Part shown: piece by piece, positions 46,381-60,566 of the stretch | Numbering within the stretch: the stretch's first letter is position 1 | How the letters are laid out: each line of letters opens with the position of its first letter | Assembly (NCBI GenBank): GCA_050273025.1 | Contig: CP158635.1 | Span: 21,390,001 to 21,454,000, forward strand | Direction: 5' to 3' | DNA: 64,000 nucleotides | Source: Cenococcum geophilum | Lineage: Eukaryota | Translations under genes and position numbers: made by a program | The notes under the pieces: model-generated | The model's database searches: none | The model's input: the letters and a program-made list of their open reading frames with translations, nothing else | Told to the model about the DNA's origin: nothing

Positions 46381-47881
46381 GCCGCTAAGTGGAAATGGTC
46401 AGCGAGATGGGTGGATGAGAAGCAAAGTGTATTGGTTGTACTGTACTTACTAGAGACAGAGATGTGATGCTCTCGGAAGAGCACAAGCGAAGACGATATA
46501 ACGTTATTTTAACGTTTAACGGTGGTTTGTCGGTGGAGTGGACTAAGAGGCGCAGGGAAAACAGCCCGGAGCCGGAGGTAAAATAGCAACGCGGCTACGT
46601 TGCCTTATCGGACGCCAGAGTCGGCTGATGAGAGACTTCGGAGAGATGTTGCAAGCCAAGGATACTGACGACCGGAGTCGTTCAAATTAGCGCGGCGATG
46701 AATCACCACTCGGGCTGTGGCTGACTCGTTTTGGCTTTTATGATACGAATTGTGGCAGCAGCGGCTACAGGTAGAAATTGAAAATGGGACACCCTCGGCA
46801 GTGGAGCGATTCCGCACTGTGCGGCTAACTAACACGACTAGAGGTGAAATTGTGCCGACGAAATGCTTCCACTCTCTTCCAGAACGGCGCGGGAGAATCG
46901 ACTCCTTTCCGGAGATCAAGAAACTTCTGTCTCCGCCGCCCACCTTGCCCCACACACGACCGTTTCCTCGACGGCCTCCTAGACCCGCGCGCGTCGCTTG
47001 TGGGCTAAGCCTTTGATTCTTGTAGGGCTCTCCTTCTCCTGCGCAGCTGGCCGGCGCAGCCAAGTCTGTCAACGTGAATCGGGGAGAACGCTGTGTGAGG
47101 CAGCACGTATCTAGAGATGATGATAATTGCTTCGTTTACAATTTGTATTCCTCCCCAAAAATATTTACCGCCCTGGTGGTGATTCCGTTTTGGGACCCTG
47201 AGTTGTCCGTCCATACGGACGTCCTGAGGTCAGCAAGTCAGCAAATTACCGTCGCCTATATGAAAGGCCCTGGTCGGAAGGAACAGAGTAAGCGGGCGTG
47301 TCACGTCAGCGATCCTGATACGGAATACCTCGACGGCCATCGGCGTCCTACGAATTAGAATTCTGACTTTCCCTTGAATCTCACGATAACAGCTACGATG
47401 AGGCCTGTAGGTTTCAACGTCACGCTGGAGTATTTGAGTATTTGAGTATTCCCGCGTTGATGCAGGAACAGAAAGTTATGATAGGTAGCCAGCTCTCGTC
47501 CACCGAGCGTTGCCAAGCTGCAGTTGTCTCCCACTCTGAGGTGGCACGCGTCCACATGCGTCTAAGATGCAAAGGCTATGGTCTCCGTTAAAGGCCTGTC
47601 GACTCCGCCCATCACTTGTTTCTGCTGCCCATTGATGTTTTTCACTGCCATTTGGAAACGCCGCTTGGACTGAAGAGTGCGGGTCCTGTCAGCGATCACG
47701 GCCTTCCATTGGGTTTAGCCAGGCACAGGCACAGACAGCGACCCCTGCTCTCTGGGCGCTTGAATTCCTGCACGCCTTGATCATTGCCGCTATGCGAGTA
47801 TCTCTGCTCTTCTTCATGACGGCCATGGCCCCCTCGTAGATTCTTCTGCCGCGTACCGATGAAGACGGACGGACCGGCGGG

Positions 47882-50800
47882 ATGTGTAAGTCTCCCGTTT
47901 TCATACCCCTCCGCTTCCCTATCTCTGCCTAGCATCTGGAATCCGTTCTGCCAGTACCAGGACGGCATTTCCCCAACAAGCGCTTGTTCGTATTGGCCCA
48001 TCAGGCTGGACTTTATTTGGACTTCAAGGGAGAGTCCCAGGACCATGGGGTGTGTACGTTGCTAATCCGTTCCGCCACCTGTCGCAGCTGCCCCCCCACT
48101 GTCGCAAGCACGACAACATGCTGGGAATCTGTCGCACCATACAGAGCCTCCCGCTGCCCCCTCGGTTCCCTTAATACCCTCACGCGAACCATCTGTGACA
48201 CGCGGACGTGCGCTTACAACATCTGGGCGTGCTGTCTCCCCTCGATCGCAAACCCCCGTGGTAGTTGTCCCAAGCCCGGACGGCGGGCTTGAGCGTAAGC
48301 CCTCCGTGTCCTACGGTCATCACCGGCAGACATCGATTGTGCATGGTATACAGCATTCTCGGAATACAAGCTTTGTCAATTCGCCGGCTACTAGCCCGCT
48401 GAGCCCGCAGGTTATCGCCGCGGCCGCTGCTACCCCCCTCGATGGCCCTACGATGTCTCAAGAAGATCTCAGAGAAACTCCTGTTGTGAATGGGGAAAAT
48501 TTAGCAGGGAACGGCGTTACTATAAATGGAAATGCGGCTCTAGGACATTCTGGAGAGCGCTCCATCAGTGAAGCCTCCACACTTAACGCTAGTACACGAA
48601 GACCGGAGCGTATACAGAGCGGGAAATCGAAAAGGGAACATCACCATCACCGCTCCCAGTCCCGACATCATCACCACCCACAAGAGCTGAAGACAGTTGG
48701 CGAATATGCCTTGCACCACCTATTCAATTCGGTTAGTAAGCGAATATACCACGATGGACTGCATTTGCTAACCAAGCTGGTGTGTAGTTTGTCGGCCAGG
48801 CGGACCAGAAAATCAACCAATGTATCACTGATCCAAACCAGCCTGAGCCTAGGGTAGAGCTCATCTGTGGCCCTGGCGTTGATCCGAATTTTGATCAACT
48901 TATCTCCGCCCTGGGCCATATAGCTCGTCAAAAGCCTAAACCATTGATAGATACCCTTATGTTCTGGCGAAAAGCGAAGAGCGAGGCGGCCAATACCGCT
49001 CGATTAGAGTTGAATAATGTGAGGCCGTTTCAATATACTTTATTAATTTTTGCTGACCTATTCAAGGCCCGTGGAGTAGCACCACTACAAACGAATGGAC
49101 TATTGCCTCGTCGTAATACGGAGCCAGTCCATATACCCACTGAGGGGCAAAGTTCAAGCTCATCCGTTTCAAGTTCAGCTAATGTAACCCTTGCTCGACA
49201 ACAGGCTGTTTATCAAGCCGAGCGGCGATCTACCGTCTCTATTTACCTTCTCTGTCGAGTTCTGATTGAAATCATAGGCCAAAGTGACCTCACGTGCGTT
49301 ACACGGGAAATGGCAGACCGACTTGAAGACATCATTTACACACAACTGAAAGCTGCAGAACCTGAATCATTAGAAGAGTCCCCGCTAAGGCATGCGAATT
49401 GGGTCATCTTTGGGCAGCTGCTTGGAGTGATGAGTGAAATTAATTTTGACAGCGTTTCAGATCGGTTTATCGCGGACCTTGAGAAGATGCAAAAACAGCT
49501 TGGAGTAAAAGGCCTGGCCAGTAAAGATATTGAAGCGAAGGCCATTTTGATCGTTCGAGGAATGCGATACTTGAGGGTTAAGACCTATCCAGAGGATGCC
49601 TGGGACCGCTCCTGCGACTTCATGCAGTCGTTAGCAAGGCTTTTTGCAAATGTGCACGGCCAGCCTGTGAAATATGCTTACTGCCAATTATTGAGAGAGC
49701 TTTTGCTTCGAATCGCTGCTAAAGCAACCTCAGAACTCAACATGCCAAAATGGAGAGCCGTGGTTGAAACGATAAAGCCGAGATTATCCTTGCTACTCAG
49801 TAAACCTAAACATTGGATGGAAGCCTATCCACTCATGACGGTCTTGCTATGCGTTTCGCCAACAGAATCATTTTCATCTCAGTGGTTGGCATTAGCATTG
49901 TCTTCGCAACCGCGGCTGAAAGAGCGTGCCACACGAGTGACCGCATTAAGGGGTATTTGCAGACTTGTCTGGACCTATTTGTATAGGAATTGCACGGACA
50001 CGCTAAATGTCACTGTCAAGAAATTAGAGGAAATCATTCGAATGGTTTTCCAACCTGGAAAGCGTTCATATCTCTCAACAGAGACCACAATTGCGGAGCC
50101 GCTCATCCAGCTAATTCGTATCATTGGCTTCAAGCACCAGGATCTTTGTTTCAGAACAATTATCTTTCCTCTTATGAATTCCGAACTATTTTCATCTGGC
50201 AAAGAGCTCCGAGTCGAGAATCTCGAGCCGGAGAGAATGGTTATCGGAATTCGATCATTCCTTGCCATTATGGCAGACCTCGAGAAAGGAGAACAACCAC
50301 CATTCCCCATTAGTTTCGACAGCGATCCTTTCGTAGAGCCGATCGAGATGCCTTCATTGCCGGTTAGTCCACGACCTATAGCACATGTACCTCTCAAATC
50401 CTCTCTTGTCAAAGAGGAGAGGCTCTCGAGACCTGTTATCATTACCGGGTTTGCGGAAGTTGCAAAAGAGTACTACGTCAAGTTCTGTAAGATTCTCGGC
50501 GAAATTACCATCATCTGCGACAACGCGTTCGGTGGCCAAGCTGTCCTTGATGAGAAGTTTGCGGTTCAAACCCCTAAAACCCCCATGGCCGATGCTTTTA
50601 GCTTTGGACGAAGAGATGACCACCAGAACTCGACGGATCTCAGACAGGGAATTTACGATCTGCTCCACGTTGCTGTTCAAGCTTTACCTCGTTGCCTATC
50701 ACCTCACATTCCATTCAACTCCCTCATCAACCTCCTTTGCACGGGCACAGCACATGTTCAAAATAACATTGCGGCTTCTTCGGCACAATCTTTGAAATCG

Positions 50801-53800
50801 ATTGCGCGTCAATCCCATGCCCAACAAGTCACAATTGGTTTTGCTAGGTTTATTTTCAACTTTGACGATCGCTACGCCACCATGTCTGACGGGGGTATGC
50901 TTGGTGCTGGCCACATAGAGAGTACCCTAAGGCTTTACGTGGAGCTTCTCCAGATATGGATTGAAGAGATTAAGCAGAAAACGAAAAAAGCTGCCTCAGA
51001 CACCCCGGACGATGGCGTCTCTGGCAACCGAGGTGCACAACTGGATTTATCTGGCGTTTGGGCGCATGTTGACGAGATCGAGTCTCACGGCCTATTCTTC
51101 CTGTGCTCTCCGTCAAGACGTGTACGTGCTTATGCAGTGACCGTACTACGTCTTATCACCGAGTTCGACACCGCGCTTGGCGGATGTAGCTCCCGGATCA
51201 TACGGGTCATGGAGGGCAGTCCTCAAAAAGTGATGGACGTTAATGATGAGAAACTTTCTCTTGCCGAAAGGAGCCGTTTGCAAAGAGGCATGCGAAAAAG
51301 TAACCTCCAAAGTACATTGATCGAACTTTGTAGCAGCGATGTTCCGTACGATTCCACCCTCTGGTTTAAGGTGTTTCCAAATTTAGTTCGCATCAGCTTC
51401 GAAGTTTGCCCTTTCGCGGTCACCCTCACCCGAGACATTGTCTGTGCAAGATTATCACAGATGCACCGTACATTGATGTCACTTGCAGAAGGGCCCCGCG
51501 CGAGCCCATACTCTACGTTTGATGCTGGTTCTGGCAAAGTCGTTGGTCGGCTAGCGACGACTGCACCGGAAGTTGTTATCGAGCAATGGAAACTCTACCT
51601 TATATTTGCGTGCACCACACTCACAAATGTTGGAGGTCAGCAAAACGTTCAAACCCAAGTTACTCAGCATTCAAGGAAGAGTTCAAAGTCGTCTCAGAAG
51701 AGCCAGAACAAAGTCTACTCTGCTGGTGAGCTGTTCGTAAAAGTTTTACCATTCCTGTCCGTTGGGAATCCCGCCATCCGAGATGCTGTTGTGGTTGGCC
51801 TAGGGTCCATCAACATGAATCTCTACCGCACATTATTGGAATCATTGCAAACCCAAGTCTCTACATGTGCCGATGAAGCGAAGGCACGCCTTGGAACGCA
51901 CGAGCGCACAGCAAGCAGCCCACGTAGAAATCGACGTACTGACTACCTTCGAACAGAGGTAACACACGTCTATAAGCTTACGTCACACTTTCTCCAATCT
52001 CCCGAGGCTTATAATGACGAATGGATTCTTAATAATCTTGTTAACTACACTAAAGATCTTCGGCTCTTTCTTAGCGATGCAGAGGTGCAGAACGAATGGG
52101 ATTTCCAAAAGCTGCGGACACACTATTGCGGTTTGATTGAGGAGCTGTTCGAAGGCATCAACCGAATAAAAGATCCAATTCGCTGGATGCCATTCCAGGC
52201 GCGCAAAGCTGCATTTGCTCTGATGGAAGACTGGTGTGGGTACTCCCCGAATCAGAGTCAGATACGTCAGCGAGAAGACAACATGAGACGATCAATACTA
52301 GATCGAGAGCAAGATTTAGGAAATAAGGGCATCGCTACGGCAGCAATGGAAATAGAAAAGAGGGATCTTCGAACTGCAGCTTTAAGTGCTATGGCAGCGT
52401 TGTGTGTAGGTCAAATCACGAAATCCTTCTCAATTGTTTATGCTGATAACCCTATAGGGAGGTCCAGTCAGTATCACGACTGATAGTAAAGTCCACCTTC
52501 AATTCGATGTTCGTCGAATGCTATCATGGATCGATACGATCTTCGAAACTGTTAGTGATAGAACTCATTCTATTGGTCGCCGAGCTCTTACCAACCTCAT
52601 CATGCACAATCGGGAACATCCTTACCTCCTGGACCGATCAATTGAAATGTGTTATTTGTCGAAATCATCCAAAGCTCTAGAGAGCTATTTTGAAGTAGTA
52701 ACCCAAGTTCTCACTGAACGAGAAGACTATTCGCTCCCCTTCTGGAAGGTGTTAAGCGCCGGGCTCTATACTTTGGGCCACGAAAATAATGAACTGCGCA
52801 TGAAGTCTGCACGACTCCTTCGGGCCCTTGAAGCAAGAGAACAGAAAAACTCTAAACTACAGGATCTAGATATCAGTATATCCGATAAGACTATTGCTGT
52901 GTATAAGCTGGCCCAATTCGAAACATCGCGAAGGCTCGCAAATCAGCACTCAGAACTGGCTTTTCTTGTTTTCTCTCAGTTCTCTTACTACTTCAAAGAA
53001 CTTCAGCCAGATCACCAACGAAATATGGTCGCAGCAATGCTCCCTTGGATTCAAACTATCGAGCTGCAGCTGAACCCTGACGGTGGACCAACCGCAAACT
53101 CCTACATGTTGTTGGTAAACCTTTTCGAAATTACAGTTCGATGTGGTAACGCCCTTCATAATGAAATACAGGCTCTTTGGCAAGCCTTGGCTACAGGTCC
53201 ACATGCCGGGAACGTTCAGTTGATCCTCGATTTCATCATCTCTCTCTGCTTAGACAAGCGAGAACAGAACTTTGTGGACTATTCGAAACAAATCGTCGTA
53301 TACCTTTCTAGCACCCCAGCAGGTCTTAAGGTTGTAGAGTTTTTACTTATGCAGATCAACCCAAAAGCTATGGTTCTGGAGAAGAGGGAAACGTCACCTC
53401 CGCCTCAAGACGCTGCTTCTCTTCCCTATCTGGCAGATCTTGGTGCTGTTCTGCCAAGTAGTAGCAAGCAGGTAATTGTTGTAAAATCCCCGGCCCATTG
53501 CTAGAAGCTTACTTGTGATAGTCTGGTTTTTCCCTTGGGCAGTTGTGCCTCATCCTTCTCGTGGATCTTATGGTCTCTCCGGTGCAATTATCGAAAGAGC
53601 ATGTCCCCCTTCTACTTCAGGTTGTCCTTGTCTTATGGGATCATTATACGCCACTTGTGCAAGACCAATCTCGAGAGATGCTCGTGCACCTCATTCACGA
53701 ACTAGTAATCTCAAAAATTGAAGACGGGAGCACCACCCCTGACAAGCGATCAATCGAAGACTTTATTGAAAGCATTCGCCGACATAACACTAAGGTTGTC

Positions 53801-55975
53801 TGGGGATACGAAGACAACAATGGCAAGAACGACGAGGCTTATGGCAGCAGAGTACCAGATGGAATGACATATGTTGCAGCAGAGGTTGTAAAGGTCTTCT
53901 CCATTGCGTACCCCGGCATTCGCGAAGAATGGGGTAGAGTGACACTCCACTGGGCAACGTCTTGCCCAGTACGGCATTTAGCTTGTCGCTCTTTCCAACT
54001 TTTTCGTTGTATTTTGAGCTCTCTCGACCAGCACATGTTCTCGGATATGTTGGCGAGGCTCTCAAATACCATTTCGGATGATGAGAGCGATATCCAAACC
54101 TTCTCAATGGAGATCTTGACCACTCTGAGGACCATCATCGAAGCCCTACAACCCAACGATCTTATCCAATACCCGCAACTATTCTGGACCACATGCGCTT
54201 GTCTAGATACGATTCATGAACGCGAATTCATGGAAAGCCTCGCAATGTTGGACAAACTTCTCGACAAGCTCGATCTGAGTGATCCCGCTACTCTTAAGAC
54301 TTTAGAAGAGAGCTACCCCGAGAAGTGGGATGGACCGTTTGAGGGTATTGCTTCCCTAATATACAAGGGCGTCAGGTCAAGTGTATGCTTGGACCGATCC
54401 CTCCGAATACTCGAAAGGCTGGTTACTCTTCCGTCTAGCGGGCTTGTTGGCGATGAAAGCCGCCTTGTCTATACGATTCTTGCGAATTTCCCAAGATTCC
54501 TCCAGTCATTTGAGCAAGAGACGAAAGATCCTACAATCATCGCGACAGCAGAAGTGCTAGCTGGTGTGTCGGAAGATTATGATTGCGCAAACTTGGCCCG
54601 GGCACTCAATGGTTTTGCAAATCAACGATATCGCGCAGATAAAGATTTCCTTGCGCAGACTGCTTCAGCACTACGATCATCATTCTTTCCCGATCTGGAA
54701 TACAGGAGCCTCATTTTTCTACTTAGTCTGTTGACGAATAAATTGCCGTGGGTTAAAATCAGGACCATGCAACTGCTCTGCGTAATCATACCCGAAATCG
54801 ATATGCGAAAGCCAGAAATAGCGGCCAAAGGCCCAGATCTCATCTCTCCGCTTCTCCGGCTGCTCCAGACCGAATTCTGCCCTCAGGCCCTTCAGGTTCT
54901 TGACTACGTTATGAACATGACAGGCGCGCCAACTCCTTTGGATAGACATCATTTGCGCATGAGTATGGCCGGTTCTCATTCTAGCCGAGCATTCAGAAAA
55001 GAATACGAAAAGACTCAGAGCTTATATGGCATTCCAGAAGAGACGGGCTGGTCAATTCCGGTGCCAGCTTATCACTCTGCTTCGACCAGGAATAATGTCC
55101 ATGCCGTCTTCTACACGTGTATGACTACAGAAAGCACCGAGGCGTCCGAAGGGGCAACACCAAAGGTCGAGTTCCGACAGGAGGAGTTCCCCTACAGTCG
55201 TTTTCCTGATTATCGAACGGCAACAATGACATCCGAAGAAGTCCGCGGAGATGGTCATATCGGAGAGCTGGTTATGAAGTTAGACAGCTTGGATGATTTC
55301 TTTGAGGATGATGATGATGATGACGCTGAGGAGCCTTCCGAACTTCCCACCAACCCAGGCCTTAGTCGTTTCGCCAACGCCTCCGTAGACGTGAGAGAGA
55401 ATGTTTACGATCAACAGACGCTGCCAATCCTCCATAAGTCTCTTACCAGAAATGCCAGCGTCACCTCTTTCCAGTCCGGATTCGCTGACATCAAATTGCC
55501 GCCGTCACGAGACCCAGGAGTAATGACACCGACAGCGTTTACTGCGCCATCAGCAATGCCAGCTCCTCCAGCTCCAGCTCCAGCCCTAGCCCTAGCTCCA
55601 GCTCTGTCGAGGCCTCTACCCCGTCCTGGGCTCCATTCTCGATCGATCACGTCTCCCTCAGTCAATCAACGGACACCTCCTGGCTTCTCTTCCGGCGTTG
55701 ATGACAACGGAGAACCTTTCTCGGATGATGATCTAGTGTCAGGCCGTTCAAATACTAATGAAAAGCCATTCTTCCTGGAGAACATGATCCGGCCACTCAC
55801 ACAGGACACCCGTTCTCGGATCAGATCCGGGATGCGACGACTTACTGGCGGAGGTGGCGATGCTAAAGAAAGAGAGAGAACTAGAGAGGCGATTAGGGCT
55901 GCATTACAGAAGAGCCCGCAGGTACCAAAAGTACCGGATATTTATTTGCAAAATCCGAAATCAGCGGATCCTTGA
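47882..55975 (+). CDS. TAO3: Cell morphogenesis scaffold Tao3/Pag1/Mor2 (Furry family, RAM/MOR network)
   Basis: Large helical-repeat ORFs joined in frame by introns 48732-48787, 49019-49066, 52406-52457 and 53472-53521. Motifs WATSCPVRHLACRSFQLFR, LLVNLFEITVR, PQLFWTTCACL. The start is inferred as a 4-nt exon (ATGT, 47882-47885) plus intron 47886-48087. Confidence 0.92.
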
Positions 55976-56703
55976 GCGACGTTAGATTTTTGTCTGTCAT
56001 TATTGAAAAGCAACGGTTGTTGGGCAGGCGTACTTTCTGTCAAATGCCATTTTGTGCACGGTAGATGCATTTGGGCGGCGCTCGTGCTTGTATGTGTTAT
56101 GTGGCAAGGAGTGCATCTGCGTAGTCCATCTTTACTATCTGACCGGCTTCCTGCGTGGAGCTGGTGCTGATATACTCAAGGGTCCCCAAGGACAAGGAGA
56201 ATAATCGTTATCACACTCTCTAATGTAAGAGTAAGGGGCAAAATGAACGCATAAAGTAATGCAAATTATATATTTTGGATCAAACGCTCGACAGTGCTCA
56301 GCGGCCTCTTGAAATGTGTTTAGGATAATCCTGAAACGCAGAGTGATGTTTTTGGAATACTGTAGCTTAGCGCTCTCAACTGCTAAGATCGCTGTTGGCC
56401 AGGCGCAGAGCGAGGCTTCGATATATGCGTCTATTGTGGTCAGCAGTGACGCGTGTTCAACTTGGCACGTGAAGTCTAGAATAGAAAACGTTGCAGAGGC
56501 TTCAGCGTTTCGTTTATCCTCGTGAGAGAGATGAAGTTGCGGCTCTAGCGTCTTGGCCTTCCATTTCCCGGGCAAAGCTTCCCCAGGCTGCTTTTGACGA
56601 GACCTCTACTCGCCCATCAAACCAACTCCACAACGCCCCGATCTCCCTGTTTCACCGACTTTCATCTCATCGTCGCCCCCATCACCCATCCCCAGCTGCA
56701 GAA

Positions 56704-57640
56704 ATGGATTTCTCGGACGTCTTGTACGTTGTCGTGGTCTCCCGTCACACCGCCCAGCTTGCTGTGTGCCCTTCAGATTGAGTTAGCTAACCATGTTTCA
56801 ACGCCAGTCGCATGGTCAATCTGGCCGTTGGTGTGTTCCTGATACTAGGGGGCGTCGCTCAGTTCTTTCATTTCCACTTGTGAGTTACCACTACTCGCAC
56901 CACATTCCACGATAGCTGGGGTGTTACTTGGGGCCACGATGAGTTTCAGCATAGAGGACAGCCTTCTCGAGCGACCAGCGCTTTCGCTCTTCAAAAGCGT
57001 TTGAATATATCTCTGGTTGACATGAGAGGCTTCTTGGGATACTCTGCTTTGTATTTATGAATACTGCTGTGGAATGAAGGCTACAGGGTATGGAGATGCT
57101 AATCACGGATGCAGCAAGGACGTTATCATCGGAGTCTACGTGATAATTTTCGGTCTTGGTAGGAACTACTAGCTCTCTCCCATTTGCAAAAAGCCTTTCA
57201 ACTAACTGCTTACAGTAACTGGTCTCCTTGGTTTGTAACACCTCGCGCGTAAATGCAGACATCCTAGCTAAGACCGTGCAGAGTTCCAGATCCCACCGCA
57301 GATCGCTAAGCATGCCTCATTTATGTTCACGTTTATTGGCCGCGGCATTTGTGAGTCGGGGGTTTCGCACATGCAACAGGAGCGCCACCAACTGATAATA
57401 TCCCGCAGTTTACATTTTTATCGGATCAGTAATCGTGGGTGAGCAGTGGTATAAGTACACAGTTGGGACAATCATCGGCGTCGTCGGAATTGCCTACGTG
57501 GTGTTGGAGTATATTCCGTCAATCGAGCCACCAGCAAACATGCGGTAGGTACCCCTGGGCCGAAGCTTGGCATGAGGGGAATGATGCTGACTAGAGCAAA
57601 TAGTGACGTGGACGCCGGATGGGGCGCCGAGCGGGTTTAG
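56704..57640 (+). CDS. TVP15: Golgi membrane protein Tvp15 (COPI-associated family)
   Basis: Multi-exon gene not recovered by the ORF track: MDFSDVFRMVNLAVG..DVIIGVYVIIFGL-VTGLL-EFQIPPQIAKHASFMFTFIGRGIFYIFIGS..YVVLEYIPSIEPPANMRDVDAGWGAERV*. Includes a 15-nt exon at 57216-57230. Confidence 0.88.
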
Positions 57641-58135
57641 ACAGGTAGCCATACGGTCTAATAGGGGCATTGATTCTTGCAGCATAAGGCTGTGCGCCAA
57701 GGTTGGACGGCGATGACAGACTGTATGCTGTTCTTGTACGAAAGTGAGCTAGGAAAGCGTTGACGGTGTCGGGATCTCTTTCAATTGGCGTCGGTGAGGC
57801 TTGATACCTTGTACTTCTTAGCAGGTCTGCAACAGGATGTAGATTGGGGGCATGTTTAGCAAATTCTGGGGGTTGGAAATATTTAGGTGTGCAGAAATGA
57901 AGCAAGCCACCAACGGCGATAAGCAGGAGCCTCATCTTTGACCAAAGGGTGATTGCAGCGCAGTGATGGGATTACTGCAATGCTATTAAGATATACATGG
58001 CGTGCAGACGGAACAGTGCCCTGGGGGCTAAGAATAGCTTGATCGGTCGAAATTGCCAAGGGCATTGCGCGTCGTCGGTTTAGTTGTGGTTCTGGCATTT
58101 GATATGCCAGAGGGCTGTGTGTGAGCCTGATTACG

Positions 58136-58155
58136 AATGTGCGGGCGTCTATTGG
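58136..58155 (-). promoter_or_regulatory. Candidate CCAAT-binding complex/HapX bipartite site (CSAAT-N12-RWT) upstream of sreA
   Basis: Minus strand reads CCAAT-AGACGCCCGCAC-ATT, an exact spacing match, followed by CGTAATCAG. It lies about 450 bp upstream of the sreA ATG. Confidence 0.6.
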
Positions 58156-58455
58156 CCGGCTACGCGGCGAAATGTAAGGGCTCTGCAAAACTCACTTCAG
58201 CGCTGAGCCATCCCCGTGTCCCAACCTCAGGTCGTTGACGGCAAGCCCATTTCCCGGTGGCCAAGGCAGCTTCTCCTGCCTGTCTGCTGCTTGACCGCGC
58301 TCGGCGGCGGCTTGTCTCCCCTTGTGACCCCCCCAAAAGCCCTTAAGGCCCCGGTTATCCACCCCAGTCAAGAACCGCTTTCTGTGCAGCTTCCCATCAC
58401 CGGCGCACCACGCTCCAAGTGGCCAGACGTCCCCGGCCTGTACCCTCCAACCCCA

Positions 58456-58464
58456 TTATCAGAT
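58456..58464 (-). promoter_or_regulatory. Candidate SreA binding site (ATCWGATAA)
   Basis: TTATCAGAT on plus is ATCTGATAA on minus, about 140 bp upstream of the sreA ATG. Confidence 0.45.
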
Positions 58465-58605
58465 CTGATCGCATCCGTCCCGCGTCCCCCGGGAGCCCTC
58501 AAAACCGACTTAGCCCAATATCTTTGCGCTCTAATCTTCCGCATCTCGCATCTCTAATCTCATGCCCCTGTGAACCTCCGCCTCCGAGTAGAATAGAGTG
58601 GCAGC

Positions 58606-60566
58606 ATGCCAGCGACCTTTTCAGCAGGTGGTGGCGCATCCCTCGCGCCGACTCCTGCTCACCCGCATCAACTTTCGCGGCAGCCTTCCAAGGAAGACCT
58701 GGAGATGGCCGAGAACTTAAACCTGCTCAACCACTCGCAAGACCGCCATTCCACCAGGCGAAACTCCAATATGCGCACTGACGCTGCGAATTCCACTGTA
58801 ACTGAGGCACAGTGCGCAAATTCCCCAGGAAACGCTCCGGAAATTTCCGAATATCACTCACTTGAAGATACACTAAATTACCAACGAGCATCGCAGCCAG
58901 AGCAGTCGCCAACGCAAACCGCCACCGCAGCCATGCAACAAAGATCGCAAGTCAGCAATGCCCCGATAACTGGACAGATTTGTAGGTAAGTCTGGAGACT
59001 GCGTAATCAGAATTTGGGGAGTTTTGGGGCCCTGATGGTGAAGCTTGGCGACTGATGGCACGATAGCAATTGCGGGACGACGAGAACACCTTTATGGCGG
59101 CGTTCTCCCACTGGCGAGACAATCTGCAATGCCTGCGGGCTGTACTGGAAGGCCCGCAATCAATCCCGGCCAACAAACCTCAAGCGGAACGCTCAACCTT
59201 CTGTTCTCACCATGCAGCAAAACCCAAACGCAGGGCAACCTCATGACCGGAGCACGTCGCCCTCAGCATTCACCGGGTCACCTCGTGCGACATATGTTGC
59301 TGCTGATCAAGTAGCAACGGGCACTTGCCCAGGCGGTGGCCGGTGCAATGGCACTGGTGGGCAACAAGGCTGCAACGGCTGCCCAGCATACAACAACAGA
59401 GTATCAAAAACCGCTCAATTCGCTCTCGCCCAAGCAAGTGCACAGCAAGGCGCTGCTAGTCCACAAGGTCCAGGCGATGTCCTGGGCCCAACTGCTAACG
59501 ACAACATGACTTCGCAAACAGGCCCACCACTGGGTCAGAAAACCGCCAGCGTTATACCGGCATGCCAGAACTGTGGCACGACCATAACACCCCTCTGGCG
59601 ACGCGATGAGAGCGGCCACACCATCTGCAACGCCTGCGGTATGCCGCTTCCTACCATTTCCCTTCACTCCCTTTTCGCCGCCCAACCCCAAAGATTACCT
59701 AAGCCAAGGATTACTACTAACACGCGTGTCCAGGCCTGTATTACAAACTGCACGGTCTACACCGACCCGTCGCGATGAAGAAGCAAGAAATTAAGCGCCG
59801 CAAACGCGTCATCCCCGCCGTGCCGGACCCGCCGTCGCCGCTGTCGTCGTCACAACCACCGCCCCTGAACTACTCCCCGCACCAGCCGCACCAACCAACC
59901 CCGCGCAGCTTCGACTCCTCCGTCTCGCCAGACCCTTCCACCGTGCTCTCCGAGCCCCTCGACCCCTATCCTTCGACCCCTACCACCACCGGCGGCGGCG
60001 GAGGCCCCGCCTCGCACCGCGCCTACGGCCCACCGGCTGTCGACTTCACAAACTTCTACCAGCCCGCCCCCTCCTCCTCCGCTGCCGCCGTCGCCGCCTA
60101 CGCGCACCAGCAGACCCCCCAGCAGCAGCACCAGCAGCCGTCCCCGCAAAACCCCAGCCCGCGCAAGCGCTCCCTCTCCGTTGCCGAAGCAGACGATACC
60201 GCCGCCGCCACCGCAGCAGGAGCAGCAGCAGCAGCGAACGGACAGCTAGGCAACCGCGCCAGCTCGATCAGCTCGATCCTGAATCCGGCGGGCGCGCGGC
60301 AGGCGAGTCTGGACGCCGCTATCGATCCTAGTCTGGCGGCGCTGGGGCGGGGCGGCGGCGGTAGCAGCAGCGGTGGTGGTGGTGGTGGTGGTGGTGCGGG
60401 GGGCGCCATCGGGGCCGCGCCAGTTGCGCTGATGGGGTCGGGGGTTGGGGAGCGTGAGGATAAGGCCAGGCGGAAGGAGAGGTTACGGGTCGAGGCTGAG
60501 GCGATGCGGGAGAATTTGAGGAGGATGGAGAGGGAGTTGGAGAGTTTGGATGCGGATGAGGGATGA
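58606..60566 (+). CDS. sreA: Iron-responsive GATA repressor SreA/SRE/Fep1/Urbs1
   Basis: Two GATA fingers ([21 protein letters not shown] and [21 protein letters not shown]) flank the Cys-rich [23 protein letters not shown]. Introns 58986-59066 and 59639-59733. C-terminal coiled coil. Confidence 0.95.

Noticed and set aside
60351..60402. (GGC/AGC/GGT)n triplet run
   Set aside because: It encodes a poly-Gly/Ser low-complexity tract of SreA.
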